The notes below the pieces were generated by a model. It was given only the letters and a program-made list of their open reading frames with translations. It was not told the origin of the DNA and searched no databases. The translations under genes and the position numbers were made by a program. This document shows, piece after piece, positions 54,642 to 64,000 of a stretch of DNA of 64,000 nt (position 1 is the stretch's first letter; each line of letters begins with the position of its first letter). The stretch covers positions 49,578 to 113,577 of the forward strand of contig JAQTMN010000001.1 of assembly GCA_028714315.1 (NCBI GenBank), given 5' to 3'. Origin of the DNA: Sulfuricella sp. (GTDB taxonomy: Bacteria > Pseudomonadota > Gammaproteobacteria > Burkholderiales > Sulfuricellaceae).

Positions 54642-55301
54642 CTAAAATATCTGTTTAACCTTGGTCACATCGACACTGCCCAGCACATCGGTGTTCAGCA
54701 TCACCCCCGTGGCACTCAGGGAAACACTATTCACCTCGCCGAGCGCCAAACTGTCCGCCGTCACCGTGGTGCCGCCCTGCTTTGCGCTCACCTCGAAAGT
54801 GTAGGCACCATTGGCTGCAATAGCGCCGCTGTCGGTCACCCCATCCCACTGGAACATGACGTTTCCCGCCTTCTGCGCGCCCATATCGACGCTATGCAAC
54901 TTGTTCCCGGCCGCATCCTTGATCGTGACCACAGCCTGATCCACTGCCTGGCTTAGCGCGAAGCCACCTACAGCCGCGCCGTTTTGCAGTTGGATGCTCG
55001 ATCCCGGCGCCAGTACGCTGCGGCCGATCATGGCGGCCGCCTGCAACGACTGGCTGGCCGAGAAAGATGTCGCCATCGCCTGCAATGCGGTATTCAACGA
55101 CTCGATCCCGCTCACCGTGCTCAGCTGCGCCATCTGCGAGGTGATCTGCGCGTTGTCCAGGGGATTGAGCGGATCCTGGTTTTGCATCTGGGTGACGAGC
55201 AGCTTCAGGAAGCGATCCTGCGTTGCCTGAGGCGAATTGCTGGCCGCCGCACTGGTTGCGCTTGACGATGTCGCGCCGGTGACGCCTGCTGTCGTACTCA
55301 T
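54642..55301 (-). CDS. flgD: Flagellar hook capping protein
   Basis: FLKLLVTQMQNQDPLNP. Confidence 0.96.
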   Translation of the reverse strand: MSTTAGVTGATSSSATSAAASNSPQATQDRFLKLLVTQMQNQDPLNPLDNAQITSQMAQLSTVSGIESLNTALQAMATSFSASQSLQAAAMIGRSVLAPGSSIQLQNGAAVGGFALSQAVDQAVVTIKDAAGNKLHSVDMGAQKAGNVMFQWDGVTDSGAIAANGAYTFEVSAKQGGTTVTADSLALGEVNSVSLSATGVMLNTDVLGSVDVTKVKQIF

Positions 55302-55323
55302 CTCGATCTCCTTGAATGAAGGG

Positions 55324-55734
55324 CTACTGGCCCAGCGTAAGCGTTTTCAACAGCAGTGTTTTCGCCGTGTTCATCATGTCCACGTTATTCTGGTAGGCGC
55401 GCGAGGCCGAGATCATGTTGACCATTTCCTCGACCACGTTGACATTGGGCATGGACACATAACCCTGGCTATCCGCCAAGGGATGCTTGGGGTCGTAGAC
55501 GTGCTTCATCGGCGAGGGATCTTCGATCACGCCGTTCACCTTCACCCCCGAAATACCCGTGCCGCTGCCGCCGAGCGGCGCCGTCGAAAACACGACCTGC
55601 TTGGCGCGATAAGGCTGTCCGGTCGAACTAGTGGCGCTATCGGCATTGGCCAGGTTGCTTGCCACCACATTCAGGCGCTGCGACTGCGCCGCCATGCCCG
55701 AGCTCGCTATGTTGAATACGCTGGATAAGGACAT
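55324..55734 (-). CDS. flgC: Flagellar basal-body rod protein
   Basis: [17 protein letters not shown] and PNVNVVEEM. Confidence 0.97.
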   Translation of the reverse strand: MSLSSVFNIASSGMAAQSQRLNVVASNLANADSATSSTGQPYRAKQVVFSTAPLGGSGTGISGVKVNGVIEDPSPMKHVYDPKHPLADSQGYVSMPNVNVVEEMVNMISASRAYQNNVDMMNTAKTLLLKTLTLGQ

Positions 55735-56135
55735 TATTGGCTCTGTACCGCGGTCAGGACGTCTTTGTATTTGTTGCGCAGCATTTCCACCATGAATTCG
55801 TAATGGATGGCGTTATCGGCGAACTGCGCCCGCTCCGCGTCCATATCCACGGTGTTGCCATCGATGCTGGGCTGCGCGGCGGAACGGTAGAGCGCCTGCG
55901 CGCCCAGCGCGCCGCCTAAAGGCTGGATATGGCCGGATGATGTCGCGCTCAGGCCCAGCCTTCCGGTTTGCACACCCTGGGCGCGCTGCAACTCCTTGGC
56001 AAAATCGATATCTCTTGCCTTGTAGCTGGGCGTATCGGCATTGGCGATATTGGACGCGAGCACCTGCTGGCGGTACGCGCGCAAACTCAGCGCATCCTCC
56101 ATGAATTTGAACTCGCTGTTTGTGCCGGTGACCAT
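55734..56135 (-). CDS. flgB: Flagellar basal-body rod protein
   Basis: [17 protein letters not shown] and DGNTVDMD. Confidence 0.96.
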   Translation of the reverse strand: MVTGTNSEFKFMEDALSLRAYRQQVLASNIANADTPSYKARDIDFAKELQRAQGVQTGRLGLSATSSGHIQPLGGALGAQALYRSAAQPSIDGNTVDMDAERAQFADNAIHYEFMVEMLRNKYKDVLTAVQSQ

Positions 56136-56171
56136 TTGCCATCCCCAATAGAATTCACGCAACAGGGAAAT

Positions 56172-56187
56172 AGCACAAAGCATGCCA
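56172..56187 (-). promoter_or_regulatory. Sigma-54 (-24/-12) promoter of the flgB operon
   Basis: TGGCATGCTTTGTGCT (GG-N10-GC) about 36 nt upstream of the flgB ATG. Confidence 0.7.
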
Positions 56188-56298
56188 GGAAATTTCCAAT
56201 CGCCGACATTGCGCCGGCGCGGCAAATTCAGGGAGACGGGAAAGAAGGGGAAGAACGGGCAGCGGCAAGAATTGCCGTGTGCGGCAAAATTGTCCCGG

Positions 56299-58089
56299 TT
56301 AATCGGCGGCAAAAACCCGGTTCCGGCCCGCTTCTTTTGCCTTGTAGAGCGCCTGGTCGGCGCGTGCGATCACGGAATCGGCCAATTCATCCCGCTGGCG
56401 GAGGGCAACCCCGGCGCTGAAGGTGATCAGCAGCTTCTCGTTTTTATATAGGAAAAATTTCTTGGTCAGCGCCCGCTGCAACCGCGCCATGGTCTTCACG
56501 CCGTCTTCGATGCCGGTTTCGGGAAGGATGATGACAAACTCCTCGCCGCCAAAACGGGCAATGATATCGGCGGGCCGAAGGGCATCTTTCACCACGCGCA
56601 CCAGATGAATCAGCGCCTCGTCGCCGGTATCGTGGCCATAGGTATCGTTGAGGCGCTTAAAGTGATCGATATCGAGCAGACCTACGCAAACAGGTGTTTT
56701 CGAGCGCTCCGCGCGCGCGAATTCCCGCCCGAACGCATCGTCCATGCCGCGCCGGTTGAGGGTGCCGGTAAGATAATCCTCATGCACCAGACTGGTAGTC
56801 TTGTCGAGCTCGGACTCCAATTGCTTGACCTTGTTCTCGGCGGTCTCGACCCGCCTGCGCGTTTCCTCCATCTCGTCGCGCGAACGCTGCATATCGGCCT
56901 GCATGCCCTTGGTATCGCTCATCAGGCTGCCCAGAATCCGATTCAATTGATTGATGTCCTCGGTCTTGCTGATCTGATCGGAATAGTTTTCGATCTTTTT
57001 GTGATACTCGGACGTGCTGAAAGACATCTCGCCCAGCCGGTCGATGAATGACGTCACCATCTGCTTGAGGGTGGTTTTCGCTTCGTTCAGGCCCTGCTTG
57101 AGCGCTCCTTGCTTGTAAATCACCTCCTTGAAGCTGCGCTCAGCCTCGAAGATGATCCGCGGGTTCAATGGATGCGAAATGATTTCCTGAACGACGGCAA
57201 TCTGGCCTTGCAACCATTGATCGTCCAGGGTCAACTCGCTGATGTTCTGCACCAACAATTTGAGCAGTTTCAGCAGCCCGTCCAGGATTACGGCATCGGA
57301 TTCGCCGCGCAGTTCAAGCTTGATCCAGAACTGCTTGAGCGATTTTGACAGCTTGTCCAGCGCGACCACATTCTCCGCCGCGCGCACGGTGACCGACAGC
57401 GTGTTGGCCTCTCCCGCCAATTCGGGGAATTGCGATAGACGCGGCACGATCCCGATTTCCAGGGTCTGGGCCAGCATATCCCGCAACAGCTTGAAGTTTT
57501 CCGCGGAAACTGCGTCCGCGCTCGCCGCGAGCGCCTTAACCTCCCCGACCGGCGCCGAATCCGGTACGGCCGCCGCAACCTCCCCCCCCATCTCCACCGC
57601 CATCTGCGCCGGAGTCCCGGCCCAGGCGCCCACCAACGCGTGCAATTTTTTATACAGGGCGGCCGAGTCGGCGGAAAAATTGATCAAAACCCGCTCCAGG
57701 CTCTCTTTCTTTCTGGCGGCAGTCAGCCCGCTTTGCTTAAGTTCCCATTGTTTCAGCAGCTCCCGGATCAGTTCCGCCCATGAACCTTCGTCGTTCACCG
57801 GGCGCCCCAGCAAAACGGAAAAATCGGACTCGACCGCCCGCCAATCGCCAATGCCGATCGCTTTTTCGACACGAACCAGGGCGGGGCTCAGCGCAGGATT
57901 TTTCCTGGCCAGCTCCTGCAGGATCTTTTGCAATGCCCGGTCGGCGCCCTGGCTGTCGGAACCCGCGGGGCTGCCGGATATTTCGCCGTAAATCCTCTGG
58001 TAGTTCTCGGGAGTCGGCGGAATGCGCCTTGCGACGAGAAGCTTGAATGTCTCGCGCGCCAATTCGGTAGGATTGGTAGGTGCCGGCAT
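56299..58089 (-). CDS. Diguanylate cyclase (GGDEF) with helical N-terminus
   Basis: DYLTGTLNRR, DIDHFKRLNDTYGH, RPAD I-site and RFGGEEF. Confidence 0.93.
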   Translation of the reverse strand: MPAPTNPTELARETFKLLVARRIPPTPENYQRIYGEISGSPAGSDSQGADRALQKILQELARKNPALSPALVRVEKAIGIGDWRAVESDFSVLLGRPVNDEGSWAELIRELLKQWELKQSGLTAARKKESLERVLINFSADSAALYKKLHALVGAWAGTPAQMAVEMGGEVAAAVPDSAPVGEVKALAASADAVSAENFKLLRDMLAQTLEIGIVPRLSQFPELAGEANTLSVTVRAAENVVALDKLSKSLKQFWIKLELRGESDAVILDGLLKLLKLLVQNISELTLDDQWLQGQIAVVQEIISHPLNPRIIFEAERSFKEVIYKQGALKQGLNEAKTTLKQMVTSFIDRLGEMSFSTSEYHKKIENYSDQISKTEDINQLNRILGSLMSDTKGMQADMQRSRDEMEETRRRVETAENKVKQLESELDKTTSLVHEDYLTGTLNRRGMDDAFGREFARAERSKTPVCVGLLDIDHFKRLNDTYGHDTGDEALIHLVRVVKDALRPADIIARFGGEEFVIILPETGIEDGVKTMARLQRALTKKFFLYKNEKLLITFSAGVALRQRDELADSVIARADQALYKAKEAGRNRVFAAD

Positions 58090-58235
58090 ATAGGGGAGGT
58101 CGTGGGAATCGTTTTGTGCTCCGCATCATTAATCCGGAGGCCGTCAAGCGATGATATCACCCGCCATAACCCGCTTCAATCGCCACCGCTTTTCAGGGTA
58201 CAATTCAACCTCACGGCAACCACTTCATAGCCCCG

Positions 58236-58961
58236 ATGGGAAACATCCCAGATCGATTCGCCCCCCGCATCGAACGTTTTTTCGCAGCGCTATGCCTGAT
58301 TTTCGCCCTCGCCCCGGCAATGGCCGGCACCACGGGAATGCAGGATATCAGCGCCATCCGCAAGGCCGTGGAATCCCATGTCCGTCAAAACACCGCCGGC
58401 CTGCCCGGACAAATTGTGCTGACCGTGGGCGCAATCGACCCGCGCCTGCAACTTCCGGCCTGCAACTTGCCGGAAGTTTTCCTCCCCACCGGCAGCCGTC
58501 TCTGGGGCAACACCACTGTCGGCGTCCGCTGCTCCAGCGCCACCCCGTGGACCATTTATGTACCCGTCAGCGTCAAAATCATGGCGCAGATTGCCGTTGC
58601 AGCCCGTCCGCTCTCCGCCGGACAGACCATAGGCCAGGCCGATGTTCTGCTGCAGGACGGCGACCTGTCGCAACAGCCGTCCAGCGTAATCCTGGACCCC
58701 GCCCAGATCATCGGCAAGACACTGGTCGGCGGCGCCGCGTCGGGCCAGGCGTTCCGCTCCGACATGCTGCGCACGCCGCAAGTCATCCAGCAGGGGCAGA
58801 CGGTCAAACTCATGGCAAAGGGCAATGGATTCCAGGTCAGCTCGGAAGGCAAGGCGCTTGCCAACGCCAACCTGGGCCAGGTCGTGCCGGTGCGCACCCA
58901 GAGCGGCCAAGTCATCAACGGCATCGCGCGGGAAAACGGCACCGTGGAAGTGAATTTTTGA
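58236..58961 (+). CDS. flgA: Flagellar P-ring formation chaperone
   Basis: DPRLQLPAC, VGVRC..PWTIYVPV and a SAF domain; divergent from flgB. Start uncertain. Confidence 0.92.
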   Translation: MGNIPDRFAPRIERFFAALCLIFALAPAMAGTTGMQDISAIRKAVESHVRQNTAGLPGQIVLTVGAIDPRLQLPACNLPEVFLPTGSRLWGNTTVGVRCSSATPWTIYVPVSVKIMAQIAVAARPLSAGQTIGQADVLLQDGDLSQQPSSVILDPAQIIGKTLVGGAASGQAFRSDMLRTPQVIQQGQTVKLMAKGNGFQVSSEGKALANANLGQVVPVRTQSGQVINGIARENGTVEVNF

Positions 58962-58982
58962 AACAACCCATCATGAGGCGTT

Positions 58983-59837
58983 ATGACCGCTAAGATCCTG
59001 GACGGCAAGGCGCTGTCCGAAAAAATCCTGCAACAAGTCAGGCAACGCGTGGAAGTGCGCCTGGCCGAAAGCAAACGCGCTCCGGCCTTGGCGGTGATCC
59101 TGGTCGGCGAAGAACCCGCCTCGGCGATTTACGTGCGCAACAAGCGACGCTCCTGCGAAACCGCCGGCGTGCGCTCGGTGTCCCACGATCTGCCCACAAC
59201 GACGACCCAGGCCGAATTGCTGGCGCTGATCGACCGGCTCAACGACGACCCGGCAATCGACGGCGTCCTGGTGCAATTGCCTTTGCCCAAGCACATCGAC
59301 CCGGAAACTGTCATCGAGCGCATCAATCCCGGCAAGGATGTGGACGGCTTTCACCCCTACAATATCGGCCGCTTGGCCCTGCGCATGCCGCTGCTGCGCC
59401 CCTGCACGCCGCGCGGCGTCATCACCCTGCTCAAGTCCAGCGGCGAAGAACTCAAGGGCAAGCACGCCGTGATCGTCGGCGCCTCCAACATCGTCGGACG
59501 CCCGATGGGCCTGGAGTTATTGCTGGCCGGCTGCACGGTTACCACCACCCATCGCTTCACCCGCGACTTGCCGGACTTCGTGCGGCAGGCTGAAATCCTG
59601 GTGGTGGCCGTAGGCAAACCGAAATTCATTCAGGGCAATTGGATAGGTGAAGGAGCAACCGTAATCGACGTCGGCATCAACCGCCTGCCGGACGGCAGCA
59701 TCTGCGGTGACGTCGAATTCGATGTGGCGCGCCAGCGCGCCGCCTGGATCACGCCTGTGCCCGGCGGCGTCGGCCCGATGACGGTGGCCACCCTGCTGGA
59801 GAACACGCTGGACGCGGCGGAGAAGCACACCCCCTAA
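58983..59837 (+). CDS. folD: Methylenetetrahydrofolate dehydrogenase/cyclohydrolase
   Basis: [19 protein letters not shown] and [11 protein letters not shown]. Confidence 0.98.
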   Translation: MTAKILDGKALSEKILQQVRQRVEVRLAESKRAPALAVILVGEEPASAIYVRNKRRSCETAGVRSVSHDLPTTTTQAELLALIDRLNDDPAIDGVLVQLPLPKHIDPETVIERINPGKDVDGFHPYNIGRLALRMPLLRPCTPRGVITLLKSSGEELKGKHAVIVGASNIVGRPMGLELLLAGCTVTTTHRFTRDLPDFVRQAEILVVAVGKPKFIQGNWIGEGATVIDVGINRLPDGSICGDVEFDVARQRAAWITPVPGGVGPMTVATLLENTLDAAEKHTP

Positions 59838-59956
59838 GGAAACGCCGATTTCGTCATTCCCGCTTTCGCGGGAATGACGAAATCGGAATAAATCAGCGTT
59901 TCCCTAACCCTCTCCCGCAAGCGGAACGAGGGCTCGCTTCGCGAGTTTCACGCTAA
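59835..59956. repeat. Composite REP/MITE-like elements between folD and the HAD gene
   Basis: TAAGGAAACGCCGA..GTCATTCCCGC-TTTC-GCGGGAATGAC..TCAGCGTTTCCCTA, then CTCGCTTCGCGAGTTTCACGCTAA. Confidence 0.7.
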
Positions 59957-59961
59957 GCCGA

Positions 59962-60723
59962 TCAGGGCGAGGCGTGCCAGCGCCGCAGCAGCCCGAGATC
60001 GACGTACTCCTGGCCGGCCGCTTCCGTGCCTAAATTCCGGAATGGCCGGCCGGGTTCTCCCAGATCGCTCAACACGGCGACCGCGCCCGTGAAGGCATGG
60101 CCCGTGGTATAGTCATTAACCGTCACCACCGTCCTTAGCCCGGCGCCGAGACTCGCTTTCAGTCCGTTTTCCGAGTCCTCCAGTGCAAGACAGCGGCCGG
60201 CATCGAGTTTCAGCTTGTCCAGCGCCCAAAAATAGATATCCGGTGCCGGCTTTTTCGCCGGAACGATATCGCCGGCCGCAATCACTTCGAACCACTCGCC
60301 CGGCTGTCCATTCAAGGCGTGACGCAGCAGCGCCGTGACATTTTCCGGCGTGGTCGTGGTCGCAATCGCCAACCGGATGCCGGCGGCCCTGGCTTCATCG
60401 AGCAGGCGTTTTACGCCGCTGCGCAACGGAATGCCGCCGCGCTCCAGCAATTCGACGTAATGCCGGGTTTTGGCTTTATGCAAGGCCACCACCAGATCGT
60501 CAAAATCCTTGGGCTTTACGAAATCCGGACAAAAGTTGTCGATGTAATGCCGAATGCGCTCCTTGCCGCCGGTCACTTGCAACAGCTTGCCATAAAGCGG
60601 CACGCCCCAGTCCCAATCAAGGCCGAATTCGCAAAAAGCCGCGTTGAATGCGAGCCTGTGGCCATCGCGTTCGGTGTCCGCCAACGTCCCGTCAACGTCG
60701 AAAATCAAGGCCTCCAACACCAT
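59962..60723 (-). CDS. cbbY: HAD-IA hydrolase, CbbY-like
   Basis: FDVDGTLADTERDGHRLAFN, VTGGKERI, KKPAPDIY and EDSENG. Confidence 0.8.
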   Translation of the reverse strand: MVLEALIFDVDGTLADTERDGHRLAFNAAFCEFGLDWDWGVPLYGKLLQVTGGKERIRHYIDNFCPDFVKPKDFDDLVVALHKAKTRHYVELLERGGIPLRSGVKRLLDEARAAGIRLAIATTTTPENVTALLRHALNGQPGEWFEVIAAGDIVPAKKPAPDIYFWALDKLKLDAGRCLALEDSENGLKASLGAGLRTVVTVNDYTTGHAFTGAVAVLSDLGEPGRPFRNLGTEAAGQEYVDLGLLRRWHASP

Positions 60724-60785
60724 TTCACCCCTTGCTTAAACTTGCGATAAGTCAAAATTTCTGCTATTAAAGCAGTTTTGCCAAA

Positions 60786-61223
60786 ATGAGTAGAGCATCC
60801 ATGTCCGCAGAATTACACAAGCAATTCACTCCCTACACTCCGAAAACGAATGAAGAGTACATGAACGCCAGCCAGCTCGGGCATTTTCGCAAAATTCTCG
60901 AGGACTGGAAAGCCGAGCTGAGCCAGGACATCGACCGCACCGTGCATACCATGCAGGACGAGGCCACGATCTTCGCCGACCCCAACGACCGCGCCAGCCA
61001 GGAATCGGACATGGCGCTGGAACTCCGGAACCGCGACCGCGAACGCAAGTTGATCAAGAAAATCGACGAGACCATTGCCAAGATCGAGTCGGAGGATTAT
61101 GGCTATTGCGAAAGCTGCGGCGTGGAAATCGGCCTGAAGCGGCTGGAAGCCCGCCCCACCGCCACGCTCTGCATAGACTGCAAGACGCTAGATGAGTTGC
61201 GCGAAAAGCAAGTGGCCAAGTAA
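60786..61223 (+). CDS. dksA: RNA polymerase-binding protein DksA
   Basis: EEYMN, DPNDRA and the CESC..CIDC zinc finger. Start may be ATG 60801. Confidence 0.97.
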   Translation: MSRASMSAELHKQFTPYTPKTNEEYMNASQLGHFRKILEDWKAELSQDIDRTVHTMQDEATIFADPNDRASQESDMALELRNRDRERKLIKKIDETIAKIESEDYGYCESCGVEIGLKRLEARPTATLCIDCKTLDELREKQVAK

Positions 61224-61346
61224 GTTGTCTGGTTCATCGAGAACCGCGTCCCGTCAGAACTCAAAGCGGGCTGGGAAATGCCGTTTTCCAGCCCGCTTTG
61301 ATCAAAGCCCTCAACCAATTGATGCGGCGCGCTCGCCGTTATATTT

Positions 61347-61799
61347 ATGCATGCCGATACCTTGCACAGCCAGTCCGAATTCCACCTTCAGATGAACGGA
61401 TTGCTGTTCAGCTTGCTGACATGGCAGCAGCTGACCGAGTTCTGGGCAAGAGTAGACAGAAGCGCTGGCTGGTACCTGTATGCCGTCGGCGAAGCCGTGC
61501 CCACGCGTCCTGCCTCGCGGGAACAGGTGGACAGGTTTATTGCCGAGCTTGACGCGCTGCTCAGGCGCGACCACCATGAAAGCTACTGCGGCATCGTGTA
61601 TGCGAACGATCTGAATAGCCCATCCTTCGTCAAGATTTACGATCCCAATCATCTCGGCTCATCCTGCGGCTCCGGCAAGAATCCACCACCGCCTCCAGGC
61701 TGGATCATGAGCCAAATTGCCCCGGTGGAACTGCATTTGAAATATACGCTGCCGGCGAACCGCAAGCGTTGGTGGCAAACCCTGTTTCATCCGGAATAA
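61347..61799 (+). CDS. Hypothetical protein
   Basis: 150-aa ORF filling the dksA-pnp gap with protein-like composition (WYLYAVG, YCGIVY, IYDPNHLGSSCG); ends just before the terminator. Confidence 0.75.
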   Translation: MHADTLHSQSEFHLQMNGLLFSLLTWQQLTEFWARVDRSAGWYLYAVGEAVPTRPASREQVDRFIAELDALLRRDHHESYCGIVYANDLNSPSFVKIYDPNHLGSSCGSGKNPPPPPGWIMSQIAPVELHLKYTLPANRKRWWQTLFHPE

Positions 61800-61805
61800 G
61801 CCCAA

Positions 61806-61848
61806 AAAAACAAACCCCCTAGGCCTGCGCCTAGGGGGTTTTGTTTTT
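61806..61848. terminator. Bidirectional rho-independent terminator
   Basis: AACCCCCTAGG-loop-CCTAGGGGGTT flanked by A and T tracts, between convergent genes. Confidence 0.88.
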
Positions 61849-61862
61849 AAGGTCGGGAAGTC

Positions 61863-63986
61863 TTAGGCTTCCGTTCCCTCGGGTTTCCTGGATACCGCGG
61901 GCGGCTCCATCAGTGCTTTCATGGAAAGGCGCAGCCGGCCCTTCTCGTCGGCTTCAAGCACCTTGACCCGCACCACCTGCCCCTCGGCCAAGTGGTCGGA
62001 AACGGCATTGACGCGCTCGTGGGCAATCTGGGAGATGTGCAACAAACCATCCTTGCCCGGCAGTACGCTGACGATAGCGCCGAAGTCCAGCAGTTTGATT
62101 ACCTTGCCTTCGTAGGTCTTACCCACCTCGACTTCGGCGGTAATCTCCTCGATGCGCTTCTTGGCCAAATCACCGGCTTCGGAACTCAGGCAAGCGATGC
62201 TCACCGTGCCGTCTTCCGCGATATCGATGGTGGTACCGGTTTCCTCGGTCAACGCGCGAATCACCGCGCCGCCCTTGCCGATCACATCGCGGATTTTCTC
62301 CGGATTAATCTTGATGGTGATGATGCGCGGGGCGTAGGCGGACATTTCCTGGCGGGCGTGCGGCACCGCTTCGTGCATGATGCCGAGGATGTGCATGCGG
62401 CCTTCGCGCGCTTGGCTGAGCGCCGCTTGCATGATGTCCTTGGTGATGCCGAGGATCTTGATGTCCATCTGCAACGCGGTCACGCCACGATCCGTACCCG
62501 CCACCTTGAAATCCATATCGCCGAGGTGATCTTCGTCGCCCAGAATATCGGTCAGCACCGCGAAACGGTTGCCTTCCTTGATCAGGCCCATGGCGATGCC
62601 GGCGACATGCGCCTTCATCGGCACACCCGCATCCATCAGCGACAGGCAGCCGCCGCACACTGACGCCATCGAACTGGAGCCGTTGGATTCGGTAATTTCG
62701 GAAACCACACGCATGGTATAGCCAAACTCTTCCGCGCTCGGCAAAGCCGCAACCAACGCCCGCTTGGCCAAACGGCCGTGGCCGATTTCGCGGCGCTTCG
62801 GCGTGCCGACACGGCCGCACTCGCCCGTCGCATAGGGCGGGAAGTTGTAATGCAACAGGAAGCGGTCTTTGTACTCGCCCTGCAACGCGTCGATGATCTG
62901 TTCGTCGCGCCCGGTGCCCAGCGTGGCAACGACCAACGCCTGGGTTTCGCCGCGGGTGAACAGGACCGAACCGTGCACGCGCGGCAAAACGCCGGTACGA
63001 ATGGTGATGGGGCGAACCGTGCGGGTATCGCGCCCGTCGATGCGGGGCTCGCCTTCGAGGATCTGGCTGCGCACGATCTTGGCTTCCAGGTTTTCGAAGA
63101 TACCCTTGATCTGGTTGACGCGGGCGGTATCCATATCTTCGGTAATCAGCTCGCCGAGTACGGATTTACGGATGGCGTCGATTTTTGCGTAGCGATCCTG
63201 CTTTTGGCGAATCTTGTACGCTTCGTTCAGGTCGGCCTGAGCCGCCTGCGCGATCTTTTCCACCAACTCCTGATCCTGCTCCGGCGCCTTCCAGTCCCAG
63301 GGAGCGGAGGCGACTTCATCGGCCAACTCGTTGATCAGGTTGATTACCGCCTGCATTTCGTCATGGCCGAACACCACGGCACCCAGCATCACGTCTTCCG
63401 GCAGTTCCATGGCTTCGGACTCGACCATCAGCACGGCCTGCTCGGTGCCGGCCACGACCAGATTCAGCTGCGAAGTAGCGAGCTCGGTCGCGGTCGGGTT
63501 CAGCACATATTCACCGTTGGCATAGCCGACGCGGGCAGCGCCGATCGGGCCATTGAACGGTATGCCGGAAATCGCCAGCGCGGCAGAAGCGCCGATCAAG
63601 GCCGGGATATCGGCATCAACTTCGTTTTCCGAGGATACGACGGTAGCAACAATTTGCACGTCATTGTAGAAACCCTCGGGGAAAAGCGGACGCAACGGAC
63701 GGTCGATCAGGCGCGAAGTCAGAATTTCCTTCTCGGAAGGACGGCCTTCGCGTTTGAAGAAGCCACCGGGGATTCTGCCGGCGGCATAGGTGCGTTCCTG
63801 GTAATCGACGGTCAGGGGAAAGAAATCCTGGCCCGGCTTGACACTTTTGGCGCCAACAACGGTAACCAGAACCACTGTATCGTCCAGGCTGACCATCACG
63901 GCACCGGATGCCTGACGCGCGATCTCGCCGGTTTCCAGCGTCAGCGTGTGACGTCCGTATGCAATACTTTTCTTGATAGGTTTCAA
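61863..63986 (-). CDS. pnp: Polyribonucleotide nucleotidyltransferase (PNPase)
   Basis: [36 protein letters not shown] and S1 domains; TTG start. Confidence 0.98.
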   Translation of the reverse strand: MKPIKKSIAYGRHTLTLETGEIARQASGAVMVSLDDTVVLVTVVGAKSVKPGQDFFPLTVDYQERTYAAGRIPGGFFKREGRPSEKEILTSRLIDRPLRPLFPEGFYNDVQIVATVVSSENEVDADIPALIGASAALAISGIPFNGPIGAARVGYANGEYVLNPTATELATSQLNLVVAGTEQAVLMVESEAMELPEDVMLGAVVFGHDEMQAVINLINELADEVASAPWDWKAPEQDQELVEKIAQAAQADLNEAYKIRQKQDRYAKIDAIRKSVLGELITEDMDTARVNQIKGIFENLEAKIVRSQILEGEPRIDGRDTRTVRPITIRTGVLPRVHGSVLFTRGETQALVVATLGTGRDEQIIDALQGEYKDRFLLHYNFPPYATGECGRVGTPKRREIGHGRLAKRALVAALPSAEEFGYTMRVVSEITESNGSSSMASVCGGCLSLMDAGVPMKAHVAGIAMGLIKEGNRFAVLTDILGDEDHLGDMDFKVAGTDRGVTALQMDIKILGITKDIMQAALSQAREGRMHILGIMHEAVPHARQEMSAYAPRIITIKINPEKIRDVIGKGGAVIRALTEETGTTIDIAEDGTVSIACLSSEAGDLAKKRIEEITAEVEVGKTYEGKVIKLLDFGAIVSVLPGKDGLLHISQIAHERVNAVSDHLAEGQVVRVKVLEADEKGRLRLSMKALMEPPAVSRKPEGTEA

Positions 63987-64000
63987 AACGTTATCCTCTA

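Overview
High-GC chromosomal segment whose gene content suggests a betaproteobacterial, probably chemolithoautotrophic host (inference). Left to right: two paralogous SEC-C/TPR/GT41-type (O-GlcNAc-transferase-like) genes flanking an AT-richer B12-binding radical SAM gene; map-glnD; fliL, a FlhB-C-terminus-like gene, fliK and a small membrane protein; a very long type I-E CRISPR array (about 138 repeats, 11.6-20.0 kb) with cas3-cse1-cse2-cas6e-cas7-cas5-[antitoxin-PIN toxin]-cas1-cas2 on the minus strand; a signal-peptide-bearing HIRAN protein and a YoaA/DinG helicase; an NAD-reducing [NiFe]-hydrogenase operon hoxFUYHW; an ABC1/UbiB kinase; mfd; DUF1015; flgB-L with a GGDEF gene between flgB and flgA; folD, a CbbY-like HAD hydrolase, dksA and pnp. 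The best candidate for a new system is a toxin-antitoxin pair with its own palindromic operator, sitting inside the cas operon and tightly coupled to cas1-cas2. The array also records apparent re-acquisition of mutated protospacers. Intergenic regions carry several REP/MITE families, some nested or overlapping gene ends. All calls come from reading the sequence and motifs by eye; no database searches were run.
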